Position numbers and translations under genes: made by a program. Of a stretch of 64,000 bases of DNA, positions 1 through 11,655 are shown one piece after another (the first letter of the stretch is position 1; each line of letters starts with the position of its first letter). This DNA is from Macrostomum lignano (taxonomy: Eukaryota), in assembly GCA_002269645.1 (NCBI GenBank), contig NIVC01002316.1:1-64000 (forward strand). Reading direction: 5' to 3'. The notes below the pieces were generated by a model. That model was not told the DNA's origin. It made no database searches and saw only the letters and a list, made by a program, of their open reading frames with translations.

Positions 1-362
1 GAGTCAATTAACTAAAGATTCTTAGAAAGAAAAAAACTATATACAATTCGCAGTTTAACTAAAACAAGAGTCGCATACGACCTAAGCACGTACATGGCAA
101 ACGGCACTACTTGCAAGAGTCAACCAAGTCGAAACCCTAGTTGCCATGGTGCTTAAGCAAAAGGAAGCAATTGAGCGGACTATTAAAAGCACTTAGGCCA
201 AATATTGCAGTTTGAAATCCTTAATCTGATAAGTATGTGAAAAAAAATCGAATAAAAGAAAATGAAAATTTAAAACGTAATTTATTTAACACTAGACTGG
301 TCATAATTCTAAAAAGTTTTTGTAAACTAGAATTCATGGTTTCAGCTTATGTTACGAGGAAT

Positions 363-803
363 AGATTAGCAATCTATTCTATTCCTTTATGAGTGACGTT
401 GGTTAGATTAGCAATCCATTATATTCCTTCATCAGTGATGCTGGCTAGATTAGCAATCCATTCTATTCCTTCATCAGTGATGCTGGCTAGATTAGCAATC
501 CATTATATTCCTTCATCAGTGATGTTGGCTAGATTAGCAATCCATTCTATTACCTCATCAGTGATGTTGGCTAGATTAGCAATCCATTCAAATTCTTCAT
601 CAGTAATGTTGGCTAGATTAGCAATCCATTCTATTCCTTCATCAGTGATGTTGGCTAGATTAGCAATCCATTCTATTCCTTTATGACTGACGTTGGCTAG
701 ATTAGCAATCCATTCTGTTCCTTCATCAGTGATGCTGGCTAGATTAGCAATCCATTCTATTCCTTCAACAGTGATGTTGGCTAGATTAGCAATCCATTCT
801 GTT
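363..803. repeat. 42-bp minisatellite, about 10 copies
   Basis: Unit TTGGCTAGATTAGCAATCCATTCTATTCCTTCATCAGTGATG repeated head to tail; explains the 14-aa periodic ORF 393..686. Confidence 0.95.
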
Positions 804-1735
804 TACTTCAGTTCAAGCAATTATTAAAAAGCTCACATGCATGATCTGTAAAGATCAAACTCGTACAACCGGCTTTCACCAAACACAGAGAATGGAACAA
901 AAGTTATCCTTACCTATAAAGTGCATTAACAAAGAGCAAAGCCAGTAAAAGTAAACTGACAGACGGGGTTGGAGCCGGAGCTGTGGGCTTTCAAGCATGC
1001 AGGTTTTTAACATTCAAGCAAATCAAAATTCGATAATTAGAGCACATAGAAAATAATTATAATTTGAAACTAAATTGAAAATGCGGTCAAGCCTCGAACT
1101 CAAACAAAAAGCACAAAAGTAGTCGAGCGGCAGAATTAGCGCAAAGCTCTGAACAAAAAACGGTACAAATAATAAATTTTGAAACCCAGGTAAATTCGGC
1201 ACAAGACACAAAGTAGAACGGGACGGTTGTGCTTAAATTCTTGGAAAATCAAAGAAATTAAAGAATGCAGAAGAGCTTCAAAACGCAATGAGCTCCAAGC
1301 AATAACCAACCGTCCCGTCCATTGATTTGCGGTGCCTACCTGAATTTACTGAGGCAAATAAAACACACTAATCAACTGGATTTAAAAAAAATAATACAAC
1401 TTCGTTACAAACAAAACAATTTGAGAACAGTTGCGAGTTGGCCGAAAAGCAAAACCTGGCAAAAAAATTTACTGTTTTCTGTTGGTTATGGAAGCAATTT
1501 AAAAGCTGCCGATATCTCTGTGAGTGACGAATAGTCTTAGTCACGCTTTGGATCAGCTTCAGGTTCGATAGACAGACGAGGACAGATGGGGTAATCGAGA
1601 CGTTAAGGCATAGTAAATTGTTGCGTTGTTAGAGCGCATTCCCTCTGATATATCACCAATAGATGGAAGGGACAAGACAGTCTATGGCCTTAGCTGGCTC
1701 ATTTGTGCCAGTACTTGCACCAAATAACTGATAAA

Positions 1736-1928
1736 GGGCCGTATGCAGAAAGCTCTGTCTAGGGTAGTCCGGTCTTGAAAAGCTAGTCTGGACTTGGATT
1801 TGGTATGCAGAAACACAAAGTTAGACCGGTCTACTATAGCAGAACTAGGGTAGCTGGACCATAGACTATAGACTTAACTACCCAAGTCCGGACTAGCTAG
1901 TCTGGACTAAGCTTTCTGCATACGGCCC
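1736..1928. mobile_element. 193-bp MITE, copy 1
   Basis: Terminal inverted repeat GGGCCGTATGCAGAAAGC...GCTTTCTGCATACGGCCC (18 bp); near-identical copy of the same length at 10956-11148. No clear TSD. Confidence 0.9.
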
Positions 1929-2295
1929 ATTGCTTCCCTGCAGCCACAGCCACTCGGGCCATAGACAATAAAGCCAGTCTCGCAATTCCAAGCTGCTTTC
2001 TACCACAGACGACAAGTGAAGGCTCTGCTCTCTGGTTGAAAAAGACAATCAAGTAGGAAATTTCCAAGCAAGCATTCTTGATTCTCAATGGAATTATCCG
2101 CTTGATTGAGCATCTCCTGTTGTCTGATCTTCGCTGTATTGTTGGCTCGTAAGTGACGTTATTTAACGTTATTTTCAACGGCAATAATTATTGAACTGAA
2201 TGCAAAGTATGCTGTGTCGGTTTAGTTTTTCTAAGACAGCAGTTTCATGTCCCCTTCATCTATTTGGCAATATATCACAGAAGTTCCTCGCTTTA

Positions 2296-5200
2296 TTAAA
2301 AGGAATTCTTTACAAAAGATAGAAACTCTGGCTTAGTAAGCAGAGTCCAATAAGCCTTGGGAGTTTCTGGGGCAGCGGCGGGGGCGGCGTCGGAGGCTTC
2401 GCCGTTCGCGCTGGCCTCGGCGGCTGAAGAGTCCGACGGTTGATCAGCTTGTTGGCTTGTCCGGCGCCGCTTGGCCAGAAAGAAGTTGAATTTATTGAAA
2501 ACATCGGCCGCAACAGCCGTCTCCTCGGCGTCCCACAGGCGGAGCGACTCCTCCATTGTGAGACGTCGCTTTAGAGAGGGCGGCGCGGCGGCAGGATAGG
2601 CGAAGTCGGGCTGGTAATCGGCGATAGGCTCCGCAGGACAGTCAGGTTTTTTCTGCTCTTTGCGCGCTCTATGGCGACGCTCACGGCTTCGGCTGCGCCT
2701 GCGATTGCTGCTTCGGCTGCGACTATTGCTGCGTCTTCTATCACTGGTGCTGCTTTTGCGACGGCTTCTGCTGTCGCTGCTTTTTCTATGGCCGCTGCTG
2801 ATTTTACGATTACTGCTGCTACTGCTATTGCTGCTGCTGCTACTGATCCGACGACTACGACTGCTTCTTCTATAGTGGCTGTCGTTTCTGCGATAGTTGC
2901 TGCCTCGGTCGCTGCTGCGATACCTGTCCTGACTGCGGCTCGGCCTGCGCGATTCAAACAGGTTGAATTGTACTAAAATTCACTGCCTCTATGATGCATG
3001 CAAATGCGAAATACAAAATGCGATTACAGACTTACCTGTCGCTAGCAGCAGCCCTACTGCCGCTATTATGGCTGCTGATACCAGGAATGACTGCAGGCAC
3101 CGGTTTCCCAGATTTATTCTGAGCGGCAGGTACTGGTGAACCGGATTTCGATGTGACAGGCACCGGTGTTTCTGTAGATGCTGCGATCAGCGAGTCTGAA
3201 ACCTGTGGATCTGGAACAGGTGCAGCTGATACCTGTGGATCTGGCACAGGTCCAGCTGATACCTGTGGATCTGGAACAGGTGCAGCTGATACCTGTGGAT
3301 CTAGAACAGGTACAGCCGATACCTGTGGATCTAGAACAGGTACAGCTGATTCCTGTGGATCTAGCACAGGTACAGCCGATACAGCCGATACCTGTGGATC
3401 TGGTGGCACAGGTGTGGCAGAATCCCGTAGCAATGACACAGGCGTGGCAAACACCGATGAAGCAGACTCAGGTGCGGCGGACACCAGTGGAGTAGACACA
3501 GGTGGAGCAGACACAGGTGCGGCAGACCCCTGTGGAGCAGACACAGGTGCGGCAGACCCCTGTGGAGCAGACACAGGTGCGGCAGACCCCCGTGGAGCAG
3601 ACACAGGTGCGGCAGAAACGGGTTTAGCGCCCGACCTGGCCGCCGCCAAGCGCACCCTGGGATCCCGACTCTCCAGCTGCTTGGCCTGCTCCTGGGCGGC
3701 CTTAGCGGCGGCCTCAATACGCTGCTTGCCGATAGCCTCGGCCGCCTGTTTCATCCGGTCGGCCAGGCCGCTGAAACAGTCTTGCAGATTGTAGCATCGA
3801 ACGGTTGAACGGCAGACTGGCGCCCACTGCGCGCCCGGGTCGGTCGAGCCTTGGCAGAGCAACTGGCGCCGGGGAATGGGCAGCCAGATCAGCACGTGAA
3901 TCAGATTCTTCGTGCGGCCCAGCATGCGGGTAGCGCTGTCTAGTTGAAGCCGCTTAGATAGCGCCGACTGCGACGGCACCAAATAGCAGAGCGCGCCGGC
4001 GCCGTCAGCCGATTCGGTCATGGGCGCCAGCAGCAGGCAGTCCTTGGTGATCAGCATCTCGCAGAGTGTCCGGGCCCGGGCGGCGTTAGACGGGTCGAAC
4101 AGTCCGGCCAGGTAGCTGACGTAGCCGGCGCTGGAGTCGGCCAGGCGGCAGACGGGCTTCTCCTCGGTCAGGGAGACGCCACAGTTGGCCAGGCGGGCCT
4201 CCAGATCGGCCGAGTCGACAACGCGGCAGGGGGTGGCCGACGGCAGCGAGCCGAGCTGCAGAAATGGCAGCACGGAGGGCGTTTTCTCAAGCGAGACCAG
4301 GCCGAGCTTCAGGCTGGGTCCCGCTGGCAGCAGGGGCAGCAGGACTTCGCCAACAAGGTAGGCGCCGTCGTTGAATTTCTTCACCCAATCTTGCCGATCG
4401 GGGTACACGGGCCGCGGCCGTCGTTGACTTCGGCTACGAATCGGGCTCGACTCAGTGGAAGATTCGGCGGAGGAGGACACGGCTTCAGCTGATGCTGCAG
4501 AGCACTTTGCATTTTCCTGCTGCTTCTGCTCAGGTTTAGGCGCATGCTCCAGCGTCTCAGCTTCATCCTTCTGATCCTGCTGCATTTGTTGTTGAACCTG
4601 CTGCGCCTGCGTCTCCTGTTGTTGTTGCTTTGGCTGCTTGCGGTCGAGTGTCGGCTGGGTCTTCCGCTTGAAGCACTGGTCCCTGATCTGGTGCACGGGA
4701 TTTGGGATAAACTATTCGATGTCTCAGAATATGCTTTGTATGCGAAGGTTGCCTATTCTAATCAGTAATCTACTAGTAATCTATCTGTAAATCTATTAAA
4801 AGCGATGCAAAAAATTAACTTATTAAAGATACCTAGTTCTCAATAAATGACAGATGCTCAAGATGCAAATTAATAAACACAAATATCGTAAGCAGAGAAA
4901 AGTTTCCTACAGGGCGTGCGCTGAGCTCGAACTCAAGCATCACAGCTTCACTGTTGATGACGAATGGCCTAGATTCAAGAGGCAAGTCTGCGTTTGCTGG
5001 TGAGCAAATTAGGGAGCAGGAAATGTCCCATAAACGCGACACTGGAAAGGTCTCAACAGGGAGACTCTATTAGTGGACAGCTTCAGAGCCTGGTTCAAAT
5101 TCCAGGCCAAAATGCTTACCAAGCCATCGAACTTGAATTGAACAGCAGCCACAGGCAGCACGTGCCTGGGATGGTCCATCAATTCCAGGTCGGGTCCGTA

Positions 5201-6370
5201 CTCAAATAGGAACACCTGGCTGCTATGAAATCCGGCTTCAATTATGCTTGCAGCTTTTCTATTAATCAATTCATCGTCTGTAAGCGTCTGACGAACGCTC
5301 TCGTGACAGTTGTACATTGGCTGTGGCTCCACAACGCTGTCGCCCTCGGTCCAGTAGCAGACGCGGCCGCGAACGTAGCGACAGATGACCAGCCAGCCAG
5401 TCTTTGGCAGGCCGAACTTCGGTGAGATCCGATCGACGTACCGGCCCAGGGAGACGCCGGTAGAGCCGATGGCCAGAGTAGAGTCTGGCAGGTTGCCGCG
5501 GCGGATGCCGTTCTCAGCAATGCCGCGCAATCGATCCATTACGTCCGGCACGGGCGCCAGGTAGACGAAACCGTACCGCTCATCCAGCTTGACGGAGCCA
5601 GCCAGGGCGGCCAGATTGCTGGCGTTTTCTTCGGCAATGGCGGCCTGGATCTCCGCCTTCTTGGTGGCGAACTGTGACAACAGAATTACTCAATTTGGTT
5701 ATTTTTGTGCACTAGAATTCGATATAGTACTACTAGTAGCAGCAACCAGCTAAGCGCATTTCTATAAACTGCTTATTTTTACCTTATCACCGAGGCTCTT
5801 GTTGCCGATAGCAAATACTTTTGACGGGGAAAATTTGCTTCTTAATTCCTTATTTAAGAAGCCGCGCGATATGATGCAGTTAATGTCGTGCTTGTACTCG
5901 TTGGAATTTAGGTCAACGCTGCGCAGAAATTCTGCAAATAGAAAGAAGAAAGGTAAGTAGTCTACAGCCTGAAAAAGCTATTTACTAAGGCTAAATTGGT
6001 TATTAGCTTAGTCACCCTTGGAGCTATGCGCCACTTTGGGCACCCGGATCTGTTTCAAAGCCTCTGTGCCAACGTAGCGCTCGTTAACAACATTTGGATG
6101 AAACCTGCCGGCCGAACCCGAAGCCATGGAATCGGCTGTCTGATTGAGGCCTCCAGACGCAGCGGCGGTGGTGACCTTTTTCTTCTTCTTTTTAATTGGA
6201 AAAGCCGAGCCAATATTATTATTGTTGCTGCAGTTGGCAATGTTATTATTGTCTTTTGGCCCGGAGCTTCTCTCCGACAGCGATAATGAAGGCGTTTGAC
6301 AGTGCCTCAACGCCTGGAATTGCGAGTTTGAACAGCGAGGTTTAAACGGCGGCATTAAGGGTGAATTCAT
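2296..6370 (-). CDS. TASOR: TASOR/FAM208-like protein: pseudo-PARP (DUF3715) + SPOC-like domain + Pro-rich repeats + RS-rich tail, about 1178 aa
   Basis: Exons 6370-6016, 5931-5783, 5671-5120, 5066-4911, 4711-3036, 2944-2296; all GT-AG and phase-consistent (3537 nt). GNKSLGDKFATKKAEI, GVSLGRYVD and QVFLFEYGPDLELMDHPRHVLPVAAVQF parallel the human TASOR motifs as I recall them (NELLEKEFTEKRREL, GVYLSRYAD, QYYFYEYGFDELRRRPRHVCPYAVVSF). The downstream segment (LCEMLITKDCLLLAP...LCYLVP...LIHVLIWLP) fits the SPOC position. The exon 4/5 and 5/6 junctions are less certain. Confidence 0.8.
3190..3615 (-). repeat. Exonic 30-bp tandem repeats (GSAAPVSAPQ / VSAAPVPDPQ) in TASOR-like exon 5
   Basis: 10-aa periodicity in ORF 3032..4696, with DNA-level repeats such as GATACCTGTGGATCTGGAACAGGTGCAGCT. 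Confidence 0.85.
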
Positions 6371-9300
6371 TACTCCAATAACCTACACAGATTATCTTGC
6401 ATCCTGAAATATATTATAACCTAGAAAAAGATTAGAAAAAAAATTCGCGAGCAAGACAAAACGAAATAATCAATAAATCAATAATTTATGTTGTCTGACA
6501 AACACTAAAACACTTACACCGAATAGAACAATACAGCAAGCAAAGATTAAGCAAAGATGACTTAAACTAAAAAAATATTTTAAAGCTAATCACAAGCTTA
6601 GGGATAACTTTTCCTTTTTACATTGCATTGAGTAAGCCACCTGAGTAAAGAATGATTCACAGTAAGAATCAATCCATAAAAAGTAGTAGACTTGTTGATT
6701 TATCAATAAGAATGTCAAGAAGCTGCATTGCAGTCAGTCTCACGCTCTCGTATTATCAAATTCAAATGCTCTTAAACTCAAGAGCATCCGGATACCGATA
6801 GAAAGTTGAGGTAGCGCGCGGTTTAAGGCAAAAACAGAGTTGAATTAAATATTTCCACAATAGCAGTAGTACGGATAAGACGAACAACAATTGACTTGTT
6901 CTTTCTTCAGGATGTCCCATGTGCACTTAAAGCGCGTTTTCCAGTCGTATAGTTGCGGCTTCAATTGAAATATTGGCGCGTTCGAATAGACAAAATTGCA
7001 AGCAGTCAGGGTTGATACAAGCAAAATTTAATTCGGATTTAGTCAAATTAGATTTTGCAGTTCAAAGTTATGAAGCTAAATATAAAGTATAGCAAATACA
7101 ACGAATAACAAACTCGCAGAAAATAGTGAACTCTTACGTGCTATTACGACACCAAATTGGAAAACAGCCGCTAATGTTCAAATGATTCGGGTCTCGAGGT
7201 GAATCAGAATGCGGGTTGTTTAACTTTGGGGGAGGGGAGAATGAGGGGTTTCGGTACAGGGGGGGGGGGGGGAAGGACCCCAAAGCACGAATCAACTATA
7301 TGGAGGTGAGTGGTATACGAGCAAGCAATGCACATTTGTCATGATCCTTCAACCAACCATAACTCGACAAGCATGTAGTGTCCTGTCTAGACTCCATTGT
7401 TTGGACAGACTATGCCAAAATCGCTTCTTTTAACTTCTACCAGACCAAATTTTATAATACAAAAAGCCCGCTGGGGAAAGAACGGAAATTCAACGAGTTT
7501 GACTAGCGAGTAGTGATGACTCATTCTTTTTCTGGACAGATGCGTGTATAGGGTATAAAATAAGCCCGAACGCAGACCCTACGGTCCCATTGGCACTGAT
7601 AAGGGTGGATAACCCAAGGTTTCAAGGATATAGACTAGAGGTTAATGCAAGGTGAAGAAGTTCCTGTGGGCCTTGCCCCAATTTTATCTTCTTAAATTCC
7701 TAGCTGTTCCTTTCTATCCACGTTAAGTTAAAAACGGACATCAAAGGGGAAATCCTACAAAATATAGATAGGCTGCGCCATAGACAACGCTCAAATTACT
7801 GAAACTCGACCGAGAAACAAGCAAACCTGACATTAGACACAAAGCATTTTGCACTGCCGCTGCAGCCGAATACTGCGCACTTTTTTTGCTTTGAAAGTTC
7901 ACGCATGATGAACGTATCTTATCAATAAGCTTACTGACTGAACTGTGTGCAGAAACTGACAAGTCTGGGCCACAGATAGATGGTTTGGACTTCGAAGTAA
8001 CAACTCGGCGCCAGCGCTTTGGCCTTATTGTCGTTCTGGCTCAATAATGCGATCTCATTTCAACACTATTTGTTCAAGTGGTTCTTTGTGTGGTTTAATA
8101 CCTGGTCTGACTCTGAAGTCCTGCGCGGTTTTCTGACCTGAGCGAGTCGGGGAGTGGAAAGGGAGAATTGGAATTCGTACATGGCAATCATCTTATCAGC
8201 TCAGCAGTAAACAAAAAAGCGCTAAGTTCCGAAATCCCAGACCAAGACACGGATCCAGATTTCGGTTTGAGGCTTGTTCAGTAATCAAATACTTTTAATA
8301 AGAACCTCCGAAACCGGCGCAGGAGAAGCCGCCCAGGCGTGCCGTACAATCCAGCTGGACCTGTGGAAGCATCCTAAAAAAGAAAAAAGTATCCGCTTTA
8401 ACCATTAGTGGAGTCAATTTCAGCAAATATTAGTTTTACTTACCATTAAATTTGTTTAGTCGCATTACAAATTAGGGCAAGACAGAAGTCGGGCTAAGAG
8501 TTCAGACACGGCTGTGAAATCCTGCCACGTTGGAGCACTCGATTGCAGTTGCATCGCGAAATTTTCAGCGAAGAGTCCACTCGTTTCTTGTTAGCTCAGT
8601 TGTTATAGTTACCTCAGTTGAGGCAGATTCCTCGCAAATATTTTATTATTACAATACTAATCTTCATGCCAATCTCTTCTAGTTGAGCTAGCTTGATAAA
8701 GCATCCGTTCTATGCTTTCCGATGTCAAAATCGAAATGAGATGAAATCACTCTTGTAAGTGGTGGACTTTTCGATTTAGGCCAAAAACTAAAAACCAATG
8801 CTAGCCAGTCGAACCTGTTTGGAAGCTAGAAATATATATATTTTTCATTTACGCTGGAGGTCTTGGCTTTTATTCTTAGACAAAATTACAGTCAATATTT
8901 AATTTAATTTAAAGCAGTGGCGTCTGCTGAATACGAAGGCTTTATGGGAAGGTTACACGATACATGTATAGTCAATGGAAGGAGAATCAGAACAATCTCT
9001 CGCAGGAAGAAATAAAATAGAAGCCATGTTTTCTATATAAAGAGACACTGCGCAATCCGCAGGTTACATCATTCGTGATTGAAACTTGAGAAGTTATCAC
9101 TTTTTGAGGCGAGGGGGCTCTACTTAACTGTCCGGAGCGGAGTCTACTCTAATCTATATTGGATACTAGCTTTTCCTGCCGCTATACTTTATACCGATTT
9201 GTAAATGCTTCATATATAGTGCACACTATGTAGGGATGTTGGACATCACAATTGCAGTTGCAGCATCGAACCTTTTATTTCGATTTTGCTGCGTACATAA

Positions 9301-10955
9301 TATCTTTAGATAATATTTTAATGATCTGCTAGAGTAGAATTGTTTAACGAATCGTATTCCAAAACGCTGAAATAGGTAAAAAACGATTAACATGAATTAG
9401 AATATGCCATCTTGGCAAACTTGACCTATGTATGAGACACTTGCCTTAAAACTAATTAGGACTCTTGGCACACACATTGTAATACACTCAGCAACAGCTC
9501 TCCCCCTATTCACGCTGTCACGCGGCACTCAAGTTAAGCAATGTCTTTAATGCTAGTTGCAGTAACGTATGTAGGCACTACGAGCATGCAAAAGTGACGT
9601 TACCCGCCGTGGCATCTTGATCAGCAACGAGTTTGCTTAAAAGTTTTTCAAAAACATGGGTAATACAGTAATAAACGTACCGGAGCAAGTCCTGAATGTT
9701 GATACTAATAACTAATATCAATTTCTGTATGCAATGCGCATGTTGTGTCGGCCGCACCGTAAGGGATTTGGGCAAATACATGTATTAATGGTTTCATCTG
9801 ACACTGTCACAACTCACTAGCTTTTCTCTCTAAAAGTCGAAGCAAAAATGCTCAGTCATTGAGACGATGCCTTCTTTAAATAAATAAAACTAAGGGAGGT
9901 GGGGTGGTTGGGTCGTTGACTGTTTGTGGCACGAGAGCGATAAAAAATAGGGGTTAGGCAAAAGCCTAGAGTGGATCGATAAATTGGACAAACGCCCTAC
10001 CCCCAGCCAACCAAACACTTAGGTGTACTTAGTCAATGTACATTCTTAGATAATACATTTTTAGCTTTAGGGCGGCTTCATTCAGAAACGTGGGGTTACC
10101 CTCCGTACACTCAATTTAATAGTCTGGTCTGTTTCTCTCTCCCATCCAGATTTCTATTGGATCATACGCCTCCCTTCATTTTATTGTAAGTTCTTACGAG
10201 AGCGTGTTAAGCTTATGTCTTGTACATTATATGCCGTCCTGATAAATGTGCATCTCTTAGATACGCAAAAAGTTCCTATAGCTAAGGTCCCCTAGGGTCT
10301 TCTCAAATTAAATTCATTCGATCTATCCGAAATAGTAAGGTAACACATCATGCAGATGCAAAACAAACTAGCTGTACTATCTAATTAAATGAAAGTGCCC
10401 TGCAAACGATATTGAATAAATAAATTTAAGGAGCTTCAGGTAGAACTTGGTACAAGAGTTTAAACAAAAAAATTATTGCAGAATTTTTGCAGCTTTCTTG
10501 AGAAAAACTGAAAGTTCATAACTAATACAGTAATACAAATAATTATGATGATACAATAACACAGTACAAAAGCAAACACGCATGAAGCCGACATAATTAA
10601 AAAAATTACTAAAAACATTTTGTCGATGCATGCAAACAAACAATATAGATTTTGAGACAATTTTGTGCCCCTGAAAGGTAAAAAATTAAATTGTGCGTAA
10701 TGCAGATCTCCCAAGCAGCAACAGCTTCCACCCCGTTTAACAACAACAATGCAGATCAGTGCCCGAGCGGGTATCATACTGTGTGAGACCTCCGAGCAGG
10801 ACCGACTCGTGGCTCAATAAACTTGATTGATTAGTTGATCCACGTTTATCCAACTAACAACAATATTAAAACTATGCCGGATGAAGGTGCTAACAAACAA
10901 TATATAAACCAAAGAGCATTGAAGTCGCCTTGTATAAAGTACTAATAAAGACGAA

Positions 10956-11148
10956 GGGCCGTATGCAGAAAGCTCTGTCTAGGGTAGTCCGGTCTTGAAA
11001 AGCTAGTCTGGACTTGGATTTGGTACGCAGAAACACAAAGTTAGACCAGTCTACTATAGCAGAACTAGGGTAGCTAGACCATAGACTATAGACTGAACTA
11101 CCCAAGTCCGGACTAGCTAGTCTGGACTAGGCTTTCTGCATACGGCCC
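10956..11148. mobile_element. 193-bp MITE, copy 2
   Basis: Same TIRs and length as 1736-1928, with only a handful of substitutions. Confidence 0.9.
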
Positions 11149-11655
11149 GAGAAGTTGAAACCTATTTTTTTATCCACATAGCTGACCCTCCGGTTACCAC
11201 GTTTTTCGTCTATAGCACAAGCTGTGGCTAGATTGGTGTACAAAGCCGGTGCTCAGAGATTTAAATATTGGGACATTTCGCACTTAGAACATAAATAATG
11301 CGTCAAAATAAGCAAGACCACTTTGCCCAGCCACCGGGCTCAGTCATGCCACTGTCGATTACACTATTCCACATGCACCATGCCACTAAAGTGCGTGGTA
11401 ACTTATTGCAATAGCTGCGTTTCTGAACACAAGTTAAGGGTGGATCACATGTATGACTATAAGATTTGCAAAAGAGGCAAGCAGGATGTACGGTGATCAA
11501 AAGCAATTGCTGGGTCTTGGTTCACATCTGACGCGTATATTAAGCCACTAAATAAATCAAGCAATAATTATTGAGGTAATGATAGATTGAAATTAACCAG
11601 AATAAAATATAACTAAGTATTTCATAAAAATTACTTGAGACGGCTTCCTCAGAAA

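Noticed and set aside
2571-2976. Ala-rich and Leu-rich ORFs (2571..2957 minus, 2660..2875 and 2671..2976 plus)
   Set aside because: Alternative frames or antisense of the RS-rich last exon of the TASOR-like gene.
3153-3794. Plus-strand GT-rich 213-aa ORF
   Set aside because: Antisense shadow of the exonic 30-bp repeats.
7900-8480. Possible small minus-strand exons (splice-like signals near 8090-8125, 8376, 8445)
   Set aside because: No consistent open frame or recognisable product could be assembled.
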